A stretch of 64,000 nt of DNA, taken from positions 11,957 to 75,956 of the forward strand of contig JAGDXJ010000053.1 of the NCBI GenBank assembly GCA_023256355.1. Reading direction: 5' to 3'. The DNA is from Nitrososphaerales archaeon. GTDB taxonomy: Archaea > Thermoproteota > Nitrososphaeria > Conexivisphaerales > UBA164. This document shows, one piece after another, positions 56,790-64,000 of this stretch. Below the pieces are notes generated by a model. It did not search any database, was not told the origin of the DNA, and worked only from the letters and a program-made list of their open reading frames with translations. Positions within the stretch are counted from its first letter, which is position 1. Each line of letters starts with the position of its first letter. The translations under genes were made by a program, and so were the position numbers.

Positions 56790-58457
56790 ATGTCTACTGT
56801 TCAAACTCCTTATGGTCCAATCTTAGTCCTGAAGGAAGGAACTACAGAGACAAAAGGTTATGATGCTATAAGAAACAACATAGAAGCTGCTTTAGTAATT
56901 ACGGAAATCATAAAATCATCGCTTGGCCCAAGAGGAATGGATAAAATGCTAGTAGATACTCTAGGCGATGTAACGATAACTAACGATGGGGCAACAATGC
57001 TTAAACAGCTTGACGTACAGCATCCAGCAGCAAAGATACTTGTAGAGATAGCAAAAGCTACCGATTCTGAAGTTGGGGATGGAACAACTTCGGCGGTCGT
57101 TTTTGCTGGTAAACTATTAGAAGAAGCGAGGAAGCTTCTTGATAAAAACGTTCACCCAACAAACATAGTTGATGGTTACCAGTTCGCTTCTAAAAAAGCC
57201 TTAGAAAGGCTTTACCAGATAGCCATAAAAATATCCCCAGAGGACAAAGAATGGCTCCTAAAGCTTGCAAAAACTAGCATGAGATCAAAGATAATAGCAG
57301 AAGAGTCGGACTATCTTGCAAACTTAGTAATAGAAGCTGTATTCCAAGTTGCAGAAAAGAGAGATGACAAAACATACAAGGTCGATGTTGACAACATCTC
57401 TGTTTTAAAGAAACAGGGAGGATCGATGGCTGATTCTTCTCTTGTAAAAGGCATAATAGTTGACAAAGAAGTAGTTCACAGCGGTATGCCAAAGACTGTA
57501 AAGAACGCAAAGATTGCTCTCCTGAACGCTCCTCTTGAGATAGAAAAGACAGAGTACAGCGCGGAAATAAGGATAAGCGACCCATCAAAGATGAAAGCTT
57601 TCTTGGATCAGGAAGCTGTAATGCTCAAGCAGATGGTTGATAAAATAAAGGAAGTTGGTGCTAACGTAGTTTTTTGCCAGAAAGGCATAGACGATCTTGC
57701 CCAGCATTACTTGGCTAAAGCAGGAATACTTGCTGTAAGAAGGGTTAAGGAAAGCGACATGGGAAGGCTTGCAAAAGCTACAGGTGGAAGGATAGTTACG
57801 AACATAGAAGACCTCACGCCTGCCGACTTAGGGCACGCTGAAATAGTTGAAGAAAGAAAAGTTGAGGAAGATAAGTGGGTTTTTGTAGAAGGATGCAAGA
57901 ACCCGAAGGCAGTAAGCGTTTTAATAAGGGGTGGAAGCCAGAGGGTTGTAGATGAAGCTGAAAGGTCTATCCATGATGCTATAATGGTAACAAAGGATGT
58001 GCTTGAAAATCCCTTAGTGGTTGCAGGCGGTGGAGCGCCTGAAGAAGAAATGGCTCAATACATCAGGGAAGAAGCAAAGAAGATGCCAGGCAGAGAGCAG
58101 CTAGCGGCGCTTGCTTATGCTGATGCTCTAGAGAACGCCATTCCATTAACCTTGGCGGAAAATGCAGGAATGGATCCGCTTGACGTACAAGTTCAGCTCA
58201 GAGCGGCTCATTCAAAAGGAAATATATGGTACGGTGTTGACGCTTACAGCAACAAAGTTGAGGATATGTACAAGTTAGGCGTCTTTGAGCCAGCTATAGT
58301 GAAAGAGCAAGTTGTGAAAGCCGCAACAGAAGCTGCTACAATGATACTTAGAATTGACGATGTAATAGCAGCCAAGTTATCCAAGCCTCCGGCAGGAGGC
58401 CCGGGTGGTAAGCCACCTGGTGGAGAAGAAGGCTCTACGCCAAACTTACCAGAATAA
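56790..58457 (+). CDS. ths: Thermosome subunit (group II chaperonin)
   Basis: 555 aa with SLGPRGMDKML, ITNDGATML, GDGTTS and VAGGGAPE. The SD-like aggtggtg precedes the ATG. Confidence 0.95.
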   Translation: MSTVQTPYGPILVLKEGTTETKGYDAIRNNIEAALVITEIIKSSLGPRGMDKMLVDTLGDVTITNDGATMLKQLDVQHPAAKILVEIAKATDSEVGDGTTSAVVFAGKLLEEARKLLDKNVHPTNIVDGYQFASKKALERLYQIAIKISPEDKEWLLKLAKTSMRSKIIAEESDYLANLVIEAVFQVAEKRDDKTYKVDVDNISVLKKQGGSMADSSLVKGIIVDKEVVHSGMPKTVKNAKIALLNAPLEIEKTEYSAEIRISDPSKMKAFLDQEAVMLKQMVDKIKEVGANVVFCQKGIDDLAQHYLAKAGILAVRRVKESDMGRLAKATGGRIVTNIEDLTPADLGHAEIVEERKVEEDKWVFVEGCKNPKAVSVLIRGGSQRVVDEAERSIHDAIMVTKDVLENPLVVAGGGAPEEEMAQYIREEAKKMPGREQLAALAYADALENAIPLTLAENAGMDPLDVQVQLRAAHSKGNIWYGVDAYSNKVEDMYKLGVFEPAIVKEQVVKAATEAATMILRIDDVIAAKLSKPPAGGPGGKPPGGEEGSTPNLPE

Positions 58458-58472
58458 GAAAAAATCTTTAAT

Positions 58473-59150
58473 CTACAGTTCTTTTAATTTTTCTTTTGAA
58501 TAATTTATCAGAAAAGATATTTCTTCAAAAGCTTTTGACGCGTCTTCATCTTTTACAACTATTAGCGTATCCGTGTAAGTGCTAGAAGTATCTTCTATGT
58601 TTATTCCGGCTGAGCTGATAAATCTATAAATAAGCTCTATACAGCCAGGCGTGTTAAGTATTTCTCCAGGGCTATGAATAACTATGAGCGTAAGCCCGTC
58701 TTTTATTTCGAGAAGTTGCAACCTGTATTTAGAAAAGTGCTTTAACGCTTCCGTTTTTGATAACCCATATGTGACTAAAGTAAGGGCATTTGCAGTTTTA
58801 GATAAATGTATAATCTTATCAGATATTTTCATACTACTTTCTATTATCTCCTCAGCTTTATCATTCTTAAAGACCATCTTTAGCGCGTCTGTTATTATAG
58901 TAACATTGCTCTTGGAAAGAACTTTAAAAGAATCAAGCTCTTCATACTTTTTGAATGTCCTGTACCTTTTAAGGGCAGATACCACAGCTTCGTCAGTAAC
59001 TCTGATACCTTGCTTTTCAAGACGTTTTTTTATTATGCGTGCAAGCGCGCTCAAGTTAGCGTAGCCAAGTACAAGAGATTGCTCATATGAAATATTAGAA
59101 GATACTATAGAATGGACCAATTTTGTTATTGATTGACCATTTTTGGCCAT
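58473..59150 (-). CDS. ACT-domain protein with N-terminal HTH-like region (putative amino-acid-responsive regulator)
   Basis: The likely start is MAKNGQS (59150). The C-terminal LTLIVIHSPGEILNTPGCIELIYRFISSAGINIEDTSS is ACT-like. It is divergent from argG. Confidence 0.5.
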   Translation of the reverse strand: MAKNGQSITKLVHSIVSSNISYEQSLVLGYANLSALARIIKKRLEKQGIRVTDEAVVSALKRYRTFKKYEELDSFKVLSKSNVTIITDALKMVFKNDKAEEIIESSMKISDKIIHLSKTANALTLVTYGLSKTEALKHFSKYRLQLLEIKDGLTLIVIHSPGEILNTPGCIELIYRFISSAGINIEDTSSTYTDTLIVVKDEDASKAFEEISFLINYSKEKLKEL

Positions 59151-59215
59151 TAAATTACCCATTACTATAAATAATGACCAAAAAGTATAAAAGCTTTGCC
59201 AATTTGGTTTTTTGT

Positions 59216-60415
59216 ATGGGAAAAACAGTATTAGCATATTCAGGAGGACTTGACACTACGACATGTATAGCTTGGATAAAAGAAAAATATGGAAACGAAG
59301 TTATAACTGTAACAGTAGATGTGGGTCAGCAGGAAGATTTTAAAGAGATCGAAGAAAGAGCTTACAAAGCTGGGGCTATAAAACACTACTTTGTGGATGC
59401 TAAAGATGAGTTCGCTAACGAATTTATTTCAGTGGCAATAAAGGCCAACGCAATGTATGAAAAGAAATATCCGTTGAGCACATCCTTAGCAAGACCGCTG
59501 ATAGCAAAAAAAGCAGCAGAAATTGCGAAGATGGAGAATGCCGATTCTGTAGCTCATGGAAGTACGGGGAAAGGAAACGATCAGGTCAGGTTCGATGTTA
59601 CTTTAAGAGCACTTTATCCAGGCGTTAAAATAATAGCGCCCGTAAGGGAATGGAATATGAGCAGAGACGAAGAACTCAAATACCTTTTGAGCAAAGGCAT
59701 ACCTTATAAAGCGTCTAGGAGTGAATTCAGCGTTGATGAAAATCTTTGGGGTAGATCTATTGAAAGTGGAAGACTTGAAGATCCGTATTTTGAACCGCCC
59801 GAAGAAGCTTTTGCATGGACTGTTTCTCCTGAAAAAGCGCCCGATAAGCCAGAATACCTAGAAATAGGGTTCAAAAAAGGCGTTCCAGAGTCACTCAATG
59901 GAGAAAAAATGAAGCTTTCTGATATGATCAAACTTCTTAATAAGACAGCTGGTAGGAACGGCGTCGGAAGAATAGATCATATAGAAGACAGAGTAGTCGG
60001 CATTAAATCCCGCGAGGTTTATGAAACACCAGCAGCTCTTGTGCTTATAGAAGCACATCAGGAAATAGAAAAATTGACTCTGCCCAAAACTGTACTTAGG
60101 TTTAAACCATACATAGAAGAACAGTGGTCATACATGATATACGATGGTTTATGGGCCGATCCTTTAAGGAATGCTCTTGAAGCTTTTATAAACGAGACTC
60201 AAAAAAACGTTGAAGGTGAAATAAGATTAAAACTGTTTAAAGGTGGCGTCAGAGTTGTAGGCAGGAAGTCAGACAAATCTCTGTACAAACATGAACTTTC
60301 AACATACTCATCAGCATCAACTTTTGATCAGAAACAGGCGTTAGGCTTTATAAATCTCTTTGCTTTGCAAACTCTGGTTTATAGAGAGGTTAATCAAGAT
60401 GACAGATATACTTAG
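59216..60415 (+). CDS. argG: Argininosuccinate synthase
   Basis: The start MGKTVLAYSGGLDTT is the PP-loop. AHGSTGKGNDQVRF is also present. Confidence 0.9.
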   Translation: MGKTVLAYSGGLDTTTCIAWIKEKYGNEVITVTVDVGQQEDFKEIEERAYKAGAIKHYFVDAKDEFANEFISVAIKANAMYEKKYPLSTSLARPLIAKKAAEIAKMENADSVAHGSTGKGNDQVRFDVTLRALYPGVKIIAPVREWNMSRDEELKYLLSKGIPYKASRSEFSVDENLWGRSIESGRLEDPYFEPPEEAFAWTVSPEKAPDKPEYLEIGFKKGVPESLNGEKMKLSDMIKLLNKTAGRNGVGRIDHIEDRVVGIKSREVYETPAALVLIEAHQEIEKLTLPKTVLRFKPYIEEQWSYMIYDGLWADPLRNALEAFINETQKNVEGEIRLKLFKGGVRVVGRKSDKSLYKHELSTYSSASTFDQKQALGFINLFALQTLVYREVNQDDRYT

Positions 60416-61832
60416 AGGAAAACGGCTCGAACCGATGGACGATCTGGCTCTTAAAATAACTTCATCTGTAGATGCTGATAAAAGGATCCAAAAAGCTGTA
60501 GTATACGTAAATATGGCGCACGTTCTGGCGCTTTATAATGCCAGAGCAATAGCAAAAGAAGACATGACAAAAATAATGAAAGCATTGAGCGAAGATCTGG
60601 GGGGCTTTCCAATAGATTATAAATACGAAGACGTTCATATGAGTTTAGAGCAAGATTTAAGTTCCAAAATAGGTGAGGTAGCTGGTCACATAGGGCTTGC
60701 AAAGAGTAGAAATGATCAGGTGGCAACAGCAATAAGGCTCGAACTTAAAGAAGAACTTTTATCAACAATGGAATCTTTAGAAGCTTTAATAGAAAGTATT
60801 TTAAATACAGCGTCTGAAAATACAAAAACTTTCTTTGTAACTTTTACGCATTTACAACCTGCTCAGGCAAGTACTGGAGCTCACTGGCTACTTTCTTATG
60901 CATGGGCTTTTCTTAGAGACTTAGAACGCTTAAAACTTGCTTATGTAATGACCGATATGAGCCCTATGGGGGCCGGTGCAAACGCAGGTTCTCTTATTCC
61001 AATAGATAGGTACGAAGAAGCTGATATGCTTGGTTTTTCTGGTTTAATAGAAAACACTATAGATGCCGTGTCAACAAGAGATTTTATATTTGATGTGCTC
61101 TATGGAATAGCCAGCATTTCCTTAAACCTATCTAAACTATGCGCTGATGTAATAGTTTTTATGTCTCTGGGAATCTTGGACCTCGAAGATAGATTTGTTT
61201 CTACAAGCAGCATAATGCCACAAAAAAGAAATCCGGCTGTTGCAGAAATAGTAAGAGCCAAAAGTGCCGTTTTGATTTCAAACCTACTTGGAGCTATGGG
61301 AATAGTGAGGGGGCTTAATTCTTCTTATAACCTTGACCTTCAAGAGATAACGCCAAGGTTATGGTCCTCTATAGATGAGATTTTGACGATAATAAAGGTG
61401 ATGTCAGATATGGTAATGGGTATCAGATTTAACGAAGAAAAAGCCAAAGAGCTCGCGGTAAAAGGTTTTGTAACAGCAAGCGATCTTGCTGAGTTCATAT
61501 CGTTAAAGTTTGGTGTACCATTTAGAGAGGCACACCATATAGTTGGTGAAGCAGTTAAAAGATCAGAAGAAGGTGCACAACTAATTCCCACTTTGATCGA
61601 GCTACTTCAACAAAGGGGTCTGAACACAGATACTTCAGAGTTCAATCAAGTAATTGATCCTGTAGCTTCAGTTGATAAAAAAGTAACTGTGGGAGGTCCT
61701 CATCCGAAAGAAAGCTTTAGACAGATAAACTTGATAAATTTAAGGGTAAAAGAATTCGAAGATTTTATAAGCTTATCCAAGAGAAAGATTGAAAAAACTT
61801 ATCAGATGATGATTAATAAGGGGTGGTATTAA
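60399..61832 (+). CDS. argH: Argininosuccinate lyase
   Basis: The start is MTDILRG, after the SD-like gagaggt. SRNDQVAT and SSIMPQKRNP are the fumarate-lyase signatures. Confidence 0.9.
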   Translation: MTDILRGKRLEPMDDLALKITSSVDADKRIQKAVVYVNMAHVLALYNARAIAKEDMTKIMKALSEDLGGFPIDYKYEDVHMSLEQDLSSKIGEVAGHIGLAKSRNDQVATAIRLELKEELLSTMESLEALIESILNTASENTKTFFVTFTHLQPAQASTGAHWLLSYAWAFLRDLERLKLAYVMTDMSPMGAGANAGSLIPIDRYEEADMLGFSGLIENTIDAVSTRDFIFDVLYGIASISLNLSKLCADVIVFMSLGILDLEDRFVSTSSIMPQKRNPAVAEIVRAKSAVLISNLLGAMGIVRGLNSSYNLDLQEITPRLWSSIDEILTIIKVMSDMVMGIRFNEEKAKELAVKGFVTASDLAEFISLKFGVPFREAHHIVGEAVKRSEEGAQLIPTLIELLQQRGLNTDTSEFNQVIDPVASVDKKVTVGGPHPKESFRQINLINLRVKEFEDFISLSKRKIEKTYQMMINKGWY

Positions 61833-61833
61833 A

Positions 61834-62013
61834 ATGCCTCTTAAAGCAAAATGTAAAGAATGCGGCGCGGATATAGAAATACCAGACGACGCTTTGCCAG
61901 GCGAAATAGTTAGCTGCCCTGACTGTGGCCTCGAATATGAGATAGTTTCAATACAGGCTGGAAAAGTGGAGCTTAAGCTGGCTGAAGATATAGGGGAAGA
62001 CTGGGGAGAATAA
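61834..62013 (+). CDS. lysW: Amino-group carrier protein LysW
   Basis: Not in the ORF track. My translation is MPLKAKCKECGADIEIPDDALPGEIVSCPDCGLEYEIVSIQAGKVELKLAEDIGEDWGE, a Zn ribbon with the diagnostic C-terminal EDWGE. Confidence 0.9.
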   Translation: MPLKAKCKECGADIEIPDDALPGEIVSCPDCGLEYEIVSIQAGKVELKLAEDIGEDWGE

Positions 62014-62020
62014 GAAACAA

Positions 62021-62878
62021 ATGCCTGATGTTACAATAATATTCGACAGGCTTAGATGGGAAGAAAAAGAGCTTTTCGAGAAAGGCAAAGAACTAGGGCT
62101 AGATATAAACATGATCGATGTAAAAAGCGAGCCTAGAGAGCTTACAAACTTTAACAAGGATCCTCAGATAGCAGAGATAGTTTTGCAAAGAACCATAAGT
62201 CATTACAGGGGTTTATATTATTCAGCTATACTTGAAAATTATGGATACACAGTGATAAATTCCTTCATAACCTCCTTGTTATGCGGTAATAAACTGCTTA
62301 CTACGCTTCTCCTTGCAAAAAACGGTATACCTACACCAAAAACCTATGCAGCTTTTTCAATGGAATCTGCATTAAAAGTTATCGATAAGCTAGGGTACCC
62401 TGCGGTTATTAAACCTATAGTGGGTAGTTGGGGGAGAATGATAGCAAAAATAAACGATAAAGAACAGGCCGAATCGATTTTAGAAACGAGAGAGATGCTC
62501 ACAGATCCTCAGCAACAAATTTATTATATACAGGAATACGTAAAAAGACCTCCAAGGGACATAAGGGGGATAGTGGTGAATGGAAAAGTGGTGACCGCAA
62601 TATACAGATATCAACCTGAAGATGACTGGAGAACAAACATAGCAAGAGGAGGAAAAGCAGAACAGATAAAGATAGATGGAGAACTAGAGGAACTGATGAT
62701 AAAGGCTTCAAACGTTGTTAATGCAAAAATAGTCGGAGTTGATGCGATGGAAACCGATAACGGCTATGTTATTCATGAGCTAAACAACAACTTAGAATTT
62801 CATGGAGCTTTTCAAGCCACAGGTATGGATATAGCTAAAGAAATAATGGCTTTTGTAAAAGAGCTGGTGAAAAACTAA
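62021..62878 (+). CDS. lysX: LysW--alpha-aminoadipate/glutamate ligase (LysX/ArgX, ATP-grasp RimK family)
   Basis: 285 aa. It has an ATP-grasp fold (GYPAVIKPIVGSWGR, WRTNIARGG) and lies directly after lysW. Confidence 0.85.
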   Translation: MPDVTIIFDRLRWEEKELFEKGKELGLDINMIDVKSEPRELTNFNKDPQIAEIVLQRTISHYRGLYYSAILENYGYTVINSFITSLLCGNKLLTTLLLAKNGIPTPKTYAAFSMESALKVIDKLGYPAVIKPIVGSWGRMIAKINDKEQAESILETREMLTDPQQQIYYIQEYVKRPPRDIRGIVVNGKVVTAIYRYQPEDDWRTNIARGGKAEQIKIDGELEELMIKASNVVNAKIVGVDAMETDNGYVIHELNNNLEFHGAFQATGMDIAKEIMAFVKELVKN

Positions 62879-63928
62879 ATGGTAAAAGTTTCAATAGTTG
62901 GAGCTTCGGGTTATGTTGGAGGAGAACTTGTAAGAATTCTTGTAAGACATCCAAGCGTCGAACTCGTATCACTTTCTTCAAGACAGTACGCAGGCGAGTA
63001 TGTTCACAAAGCCCATCCAAACCTAAAAGGCATATTAAACATGAGGTTTACTGGCGAAGATCCAGCTACTGCGGCTTCAAAAGCTGATCTTGTTTTTCTT
63101 GCATTGCCTCATAAAGCTTCTGTGAAGGTTGTCCCTGAAATAATAAAATTGGGGGTAAAAATAGTTGACATGAGCGCGGATTTTAGGTTAAAAGATCCAG
63201 AGCAGTATAAAATATGGTATAACTATGAACATCCATACCCTGACCTTCTTCAAAAATTTGTATATGGTTTACCTGAGTTGCACCGGGATGAATTAAAGGG
63301 AGCCAATTATGTCTCAGCACCAGGCTGTATGGCAACGGCTTCGATAATAAGTCTAGCTCCTCTTTATAAATACATTAGCGATTTTCCATTAATAGTTGAT
63401 GCTAAGATAGGATCTTCAGGAGCAGGCGGGAAACCTTCACTTTCTACGCATTATTCTGAAAGATATGGCGTTATAAGGCCCTATAAACCGGCTGGACACA
63501 GACATGCCGCGGAAATAGAGCAAGAAATAAGCAGGTTGGCCGGCAAAACGGTAAAAGTTGGGATGAGCGCACATGCCGTAAACATCGTAAGGGGCATACT
63601 TACGACATCACACATCTTAACAAATGAACAAATAACTCTTCAGGAACTTTGGAAAGCATACAGAGAATTTTATAAAAACGAACCCTTTGTAAGGTTTATG
63701 ATGGATAAGACAGGGGTTTACAGGTATCCAGACCCCAAAGTAGTAATAGGATCTAACTTCGCAGATGTTGGTTTCGATGTAGACCCGCATTCAGGCAGAA
63801 TAGTTGCGCTTGGCGCTATAGACAACTTGATAAAAGGTGCGGCAGGCAGCGCGGTACAATCGATGAACCTTATGCTAGGTTTTGATGAAAAACTTGGTCT
63901 GGATGTTCCTGCAATACATCCGGTGTAA
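62879..63928 (+). CDS. lysY: LysW-aminoadipyl/glutamyl-phosphate reductase (LysY/ArgC)
   Basis: 349 aa with VGASGYVGGEL and SAPGCMATA (catalytic Cys). Confidence 0.9.
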   Translation: MVKVSIVGASGYVGGELVRILVRHPSVELVSLSSRQYAGEYVHKAHPNLKGILNMRFTGEDPATAASKADLVFLALPHKASVKVVPEIIKLGVKIVDMSADFRLKDPEQYKIWYNYEHPYPDLLQKFVYGLPELHRDELKGANYVSAPGCMATASIISLAPLYKYISDFPLIVDAKIGSSGAGGKPSLSTHYSERYGVIRPYKPAGHRHAAEIEQEISRLAGKTVKVGMSAHAVNIVRGILTTSHILTNEQITLQELWKAYREFYKNEPFVRFMMDKTGVYRYPDPKVVIGSNFADVGFDVDPHSGRIVALGAIDNLIKGAAGSAVQSMNLMLGFDEKLGLDVPAIHPV

Positions 63929-63934
63929 TTTTAA

Positions 63935-64000
63935 ATGTCCGAGATCACTGTTATAAAAATTGGAGGAAGCCTGATTTCAGAAGGAGCATACATAAAAGTT
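63935..64000 (+). CDS. lysZ: LysW-aminoadipate/glutamate kinase (LysZ/ArgB), 5' fragment truncated by the window end
   Basis: MSEITVIKIGGSLISEGAYIKV is an amino-acid kinase N-terminus, in the expected cluster position. Confidence 0.7.
   Translation, partial: MSEITVIKIGGSLISEGAYIKV

Noticed and set aside
694-59064. Many antisense ORFs in the track, for example 694-1143, 11227-11736, 14278-14682, 21574-21888, 27018-27398, 29234-29692, 31255-31509, 46909-47283, 51127-51507 and 58684-59064
   Set aside because: Each lies fully inside a confidently identified gene on the opposite strand. Their Ser/Leu/Ile-rich translations have no recognisable motifs, so they are shadow ORFs.
1-64000. Search for CRISPR arrays, transposases, integrases, toxin-antitoxin or defence cassettes
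   Set aside because: I saw no regularly spaced direct repeats and no ORFs with transposase, integrase or nuclease-defence motifs. The window is core-genome in character.

Overview
This is an AT-rich archaeal chromosome segment. Its three clear structured-RNA genes (RNase P RNA and two tRNAs) stand out as GC-rich islands, which is typical of a thermophile. Several features suggest a TACK/Thermoproteota-like archaeon: TATA boxes about 27 nt upstream of start codons (leaderless transcripts), a TFE-beta-like gene, a LysW-type lysine/arginine cluster, a histone and a thermosome. I cannot name the lineage from sequence alone.

The window is almost entirely densely packed housekeeping genes:
- Central metabolism: a four-subunit 2-oxoacid:ferredoxin oxidoreductase, sdhABCD and sucCD.
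- Translation: six aminoacyl-tRNA synthetase genes (pheT, thrS, ileS, hisS, trpS, pheS), aEF-1beta, L40e, deoxyhypusine synthase, Taw1, Nep1 and RlmE.
- Replication and repair: RFC small subunit, a type IA topoisomerase and AGOG.
- Cofactor and one-carbon/methionine metabolism: moaB, moaC, glyA and a split MetE.
- Nucleoside salvage and transport: AMP phosphorylase, a nucleoside phosphorylase, MtnA and a sugar ABC transporter.
- Amino acid biosynthesis: argG-argH-lysW-lysX-lysY-lysZ.

I found no CRISPR array, transposase, integrase or recognisable defence island.

The strongest lead is a pair of unlinked genes that look like a catalytically eroded DNA polymerase D. The DP1-like small subunit has substitutions at most positions I recall as phosphoesterase metal ligands. 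The 714-aa DP2-like protein keeps the Zn-ribbon clusters and C-terminal tail but lacks the acidic catalytic motif and roughly 40% of canonical length.

Other points worth a second look:
- A tRNA-Val gene sits exactly where the topoisomerase start codon should be.
- There is an unannotated C/D box sRNA.
- A roughly 35-bp imperfect inverted repeat brackets about 270 bp upstream of the por operon.
- An rSAM/SPASM enzyme has no visible substrate gene.
- Several small ORFs fall below the ORF-track cutoff (LysW, a Zn-ribbon protein and two speculative micro-ORFs).

All functional calls rest on motif recognition from memory, not on database searches.
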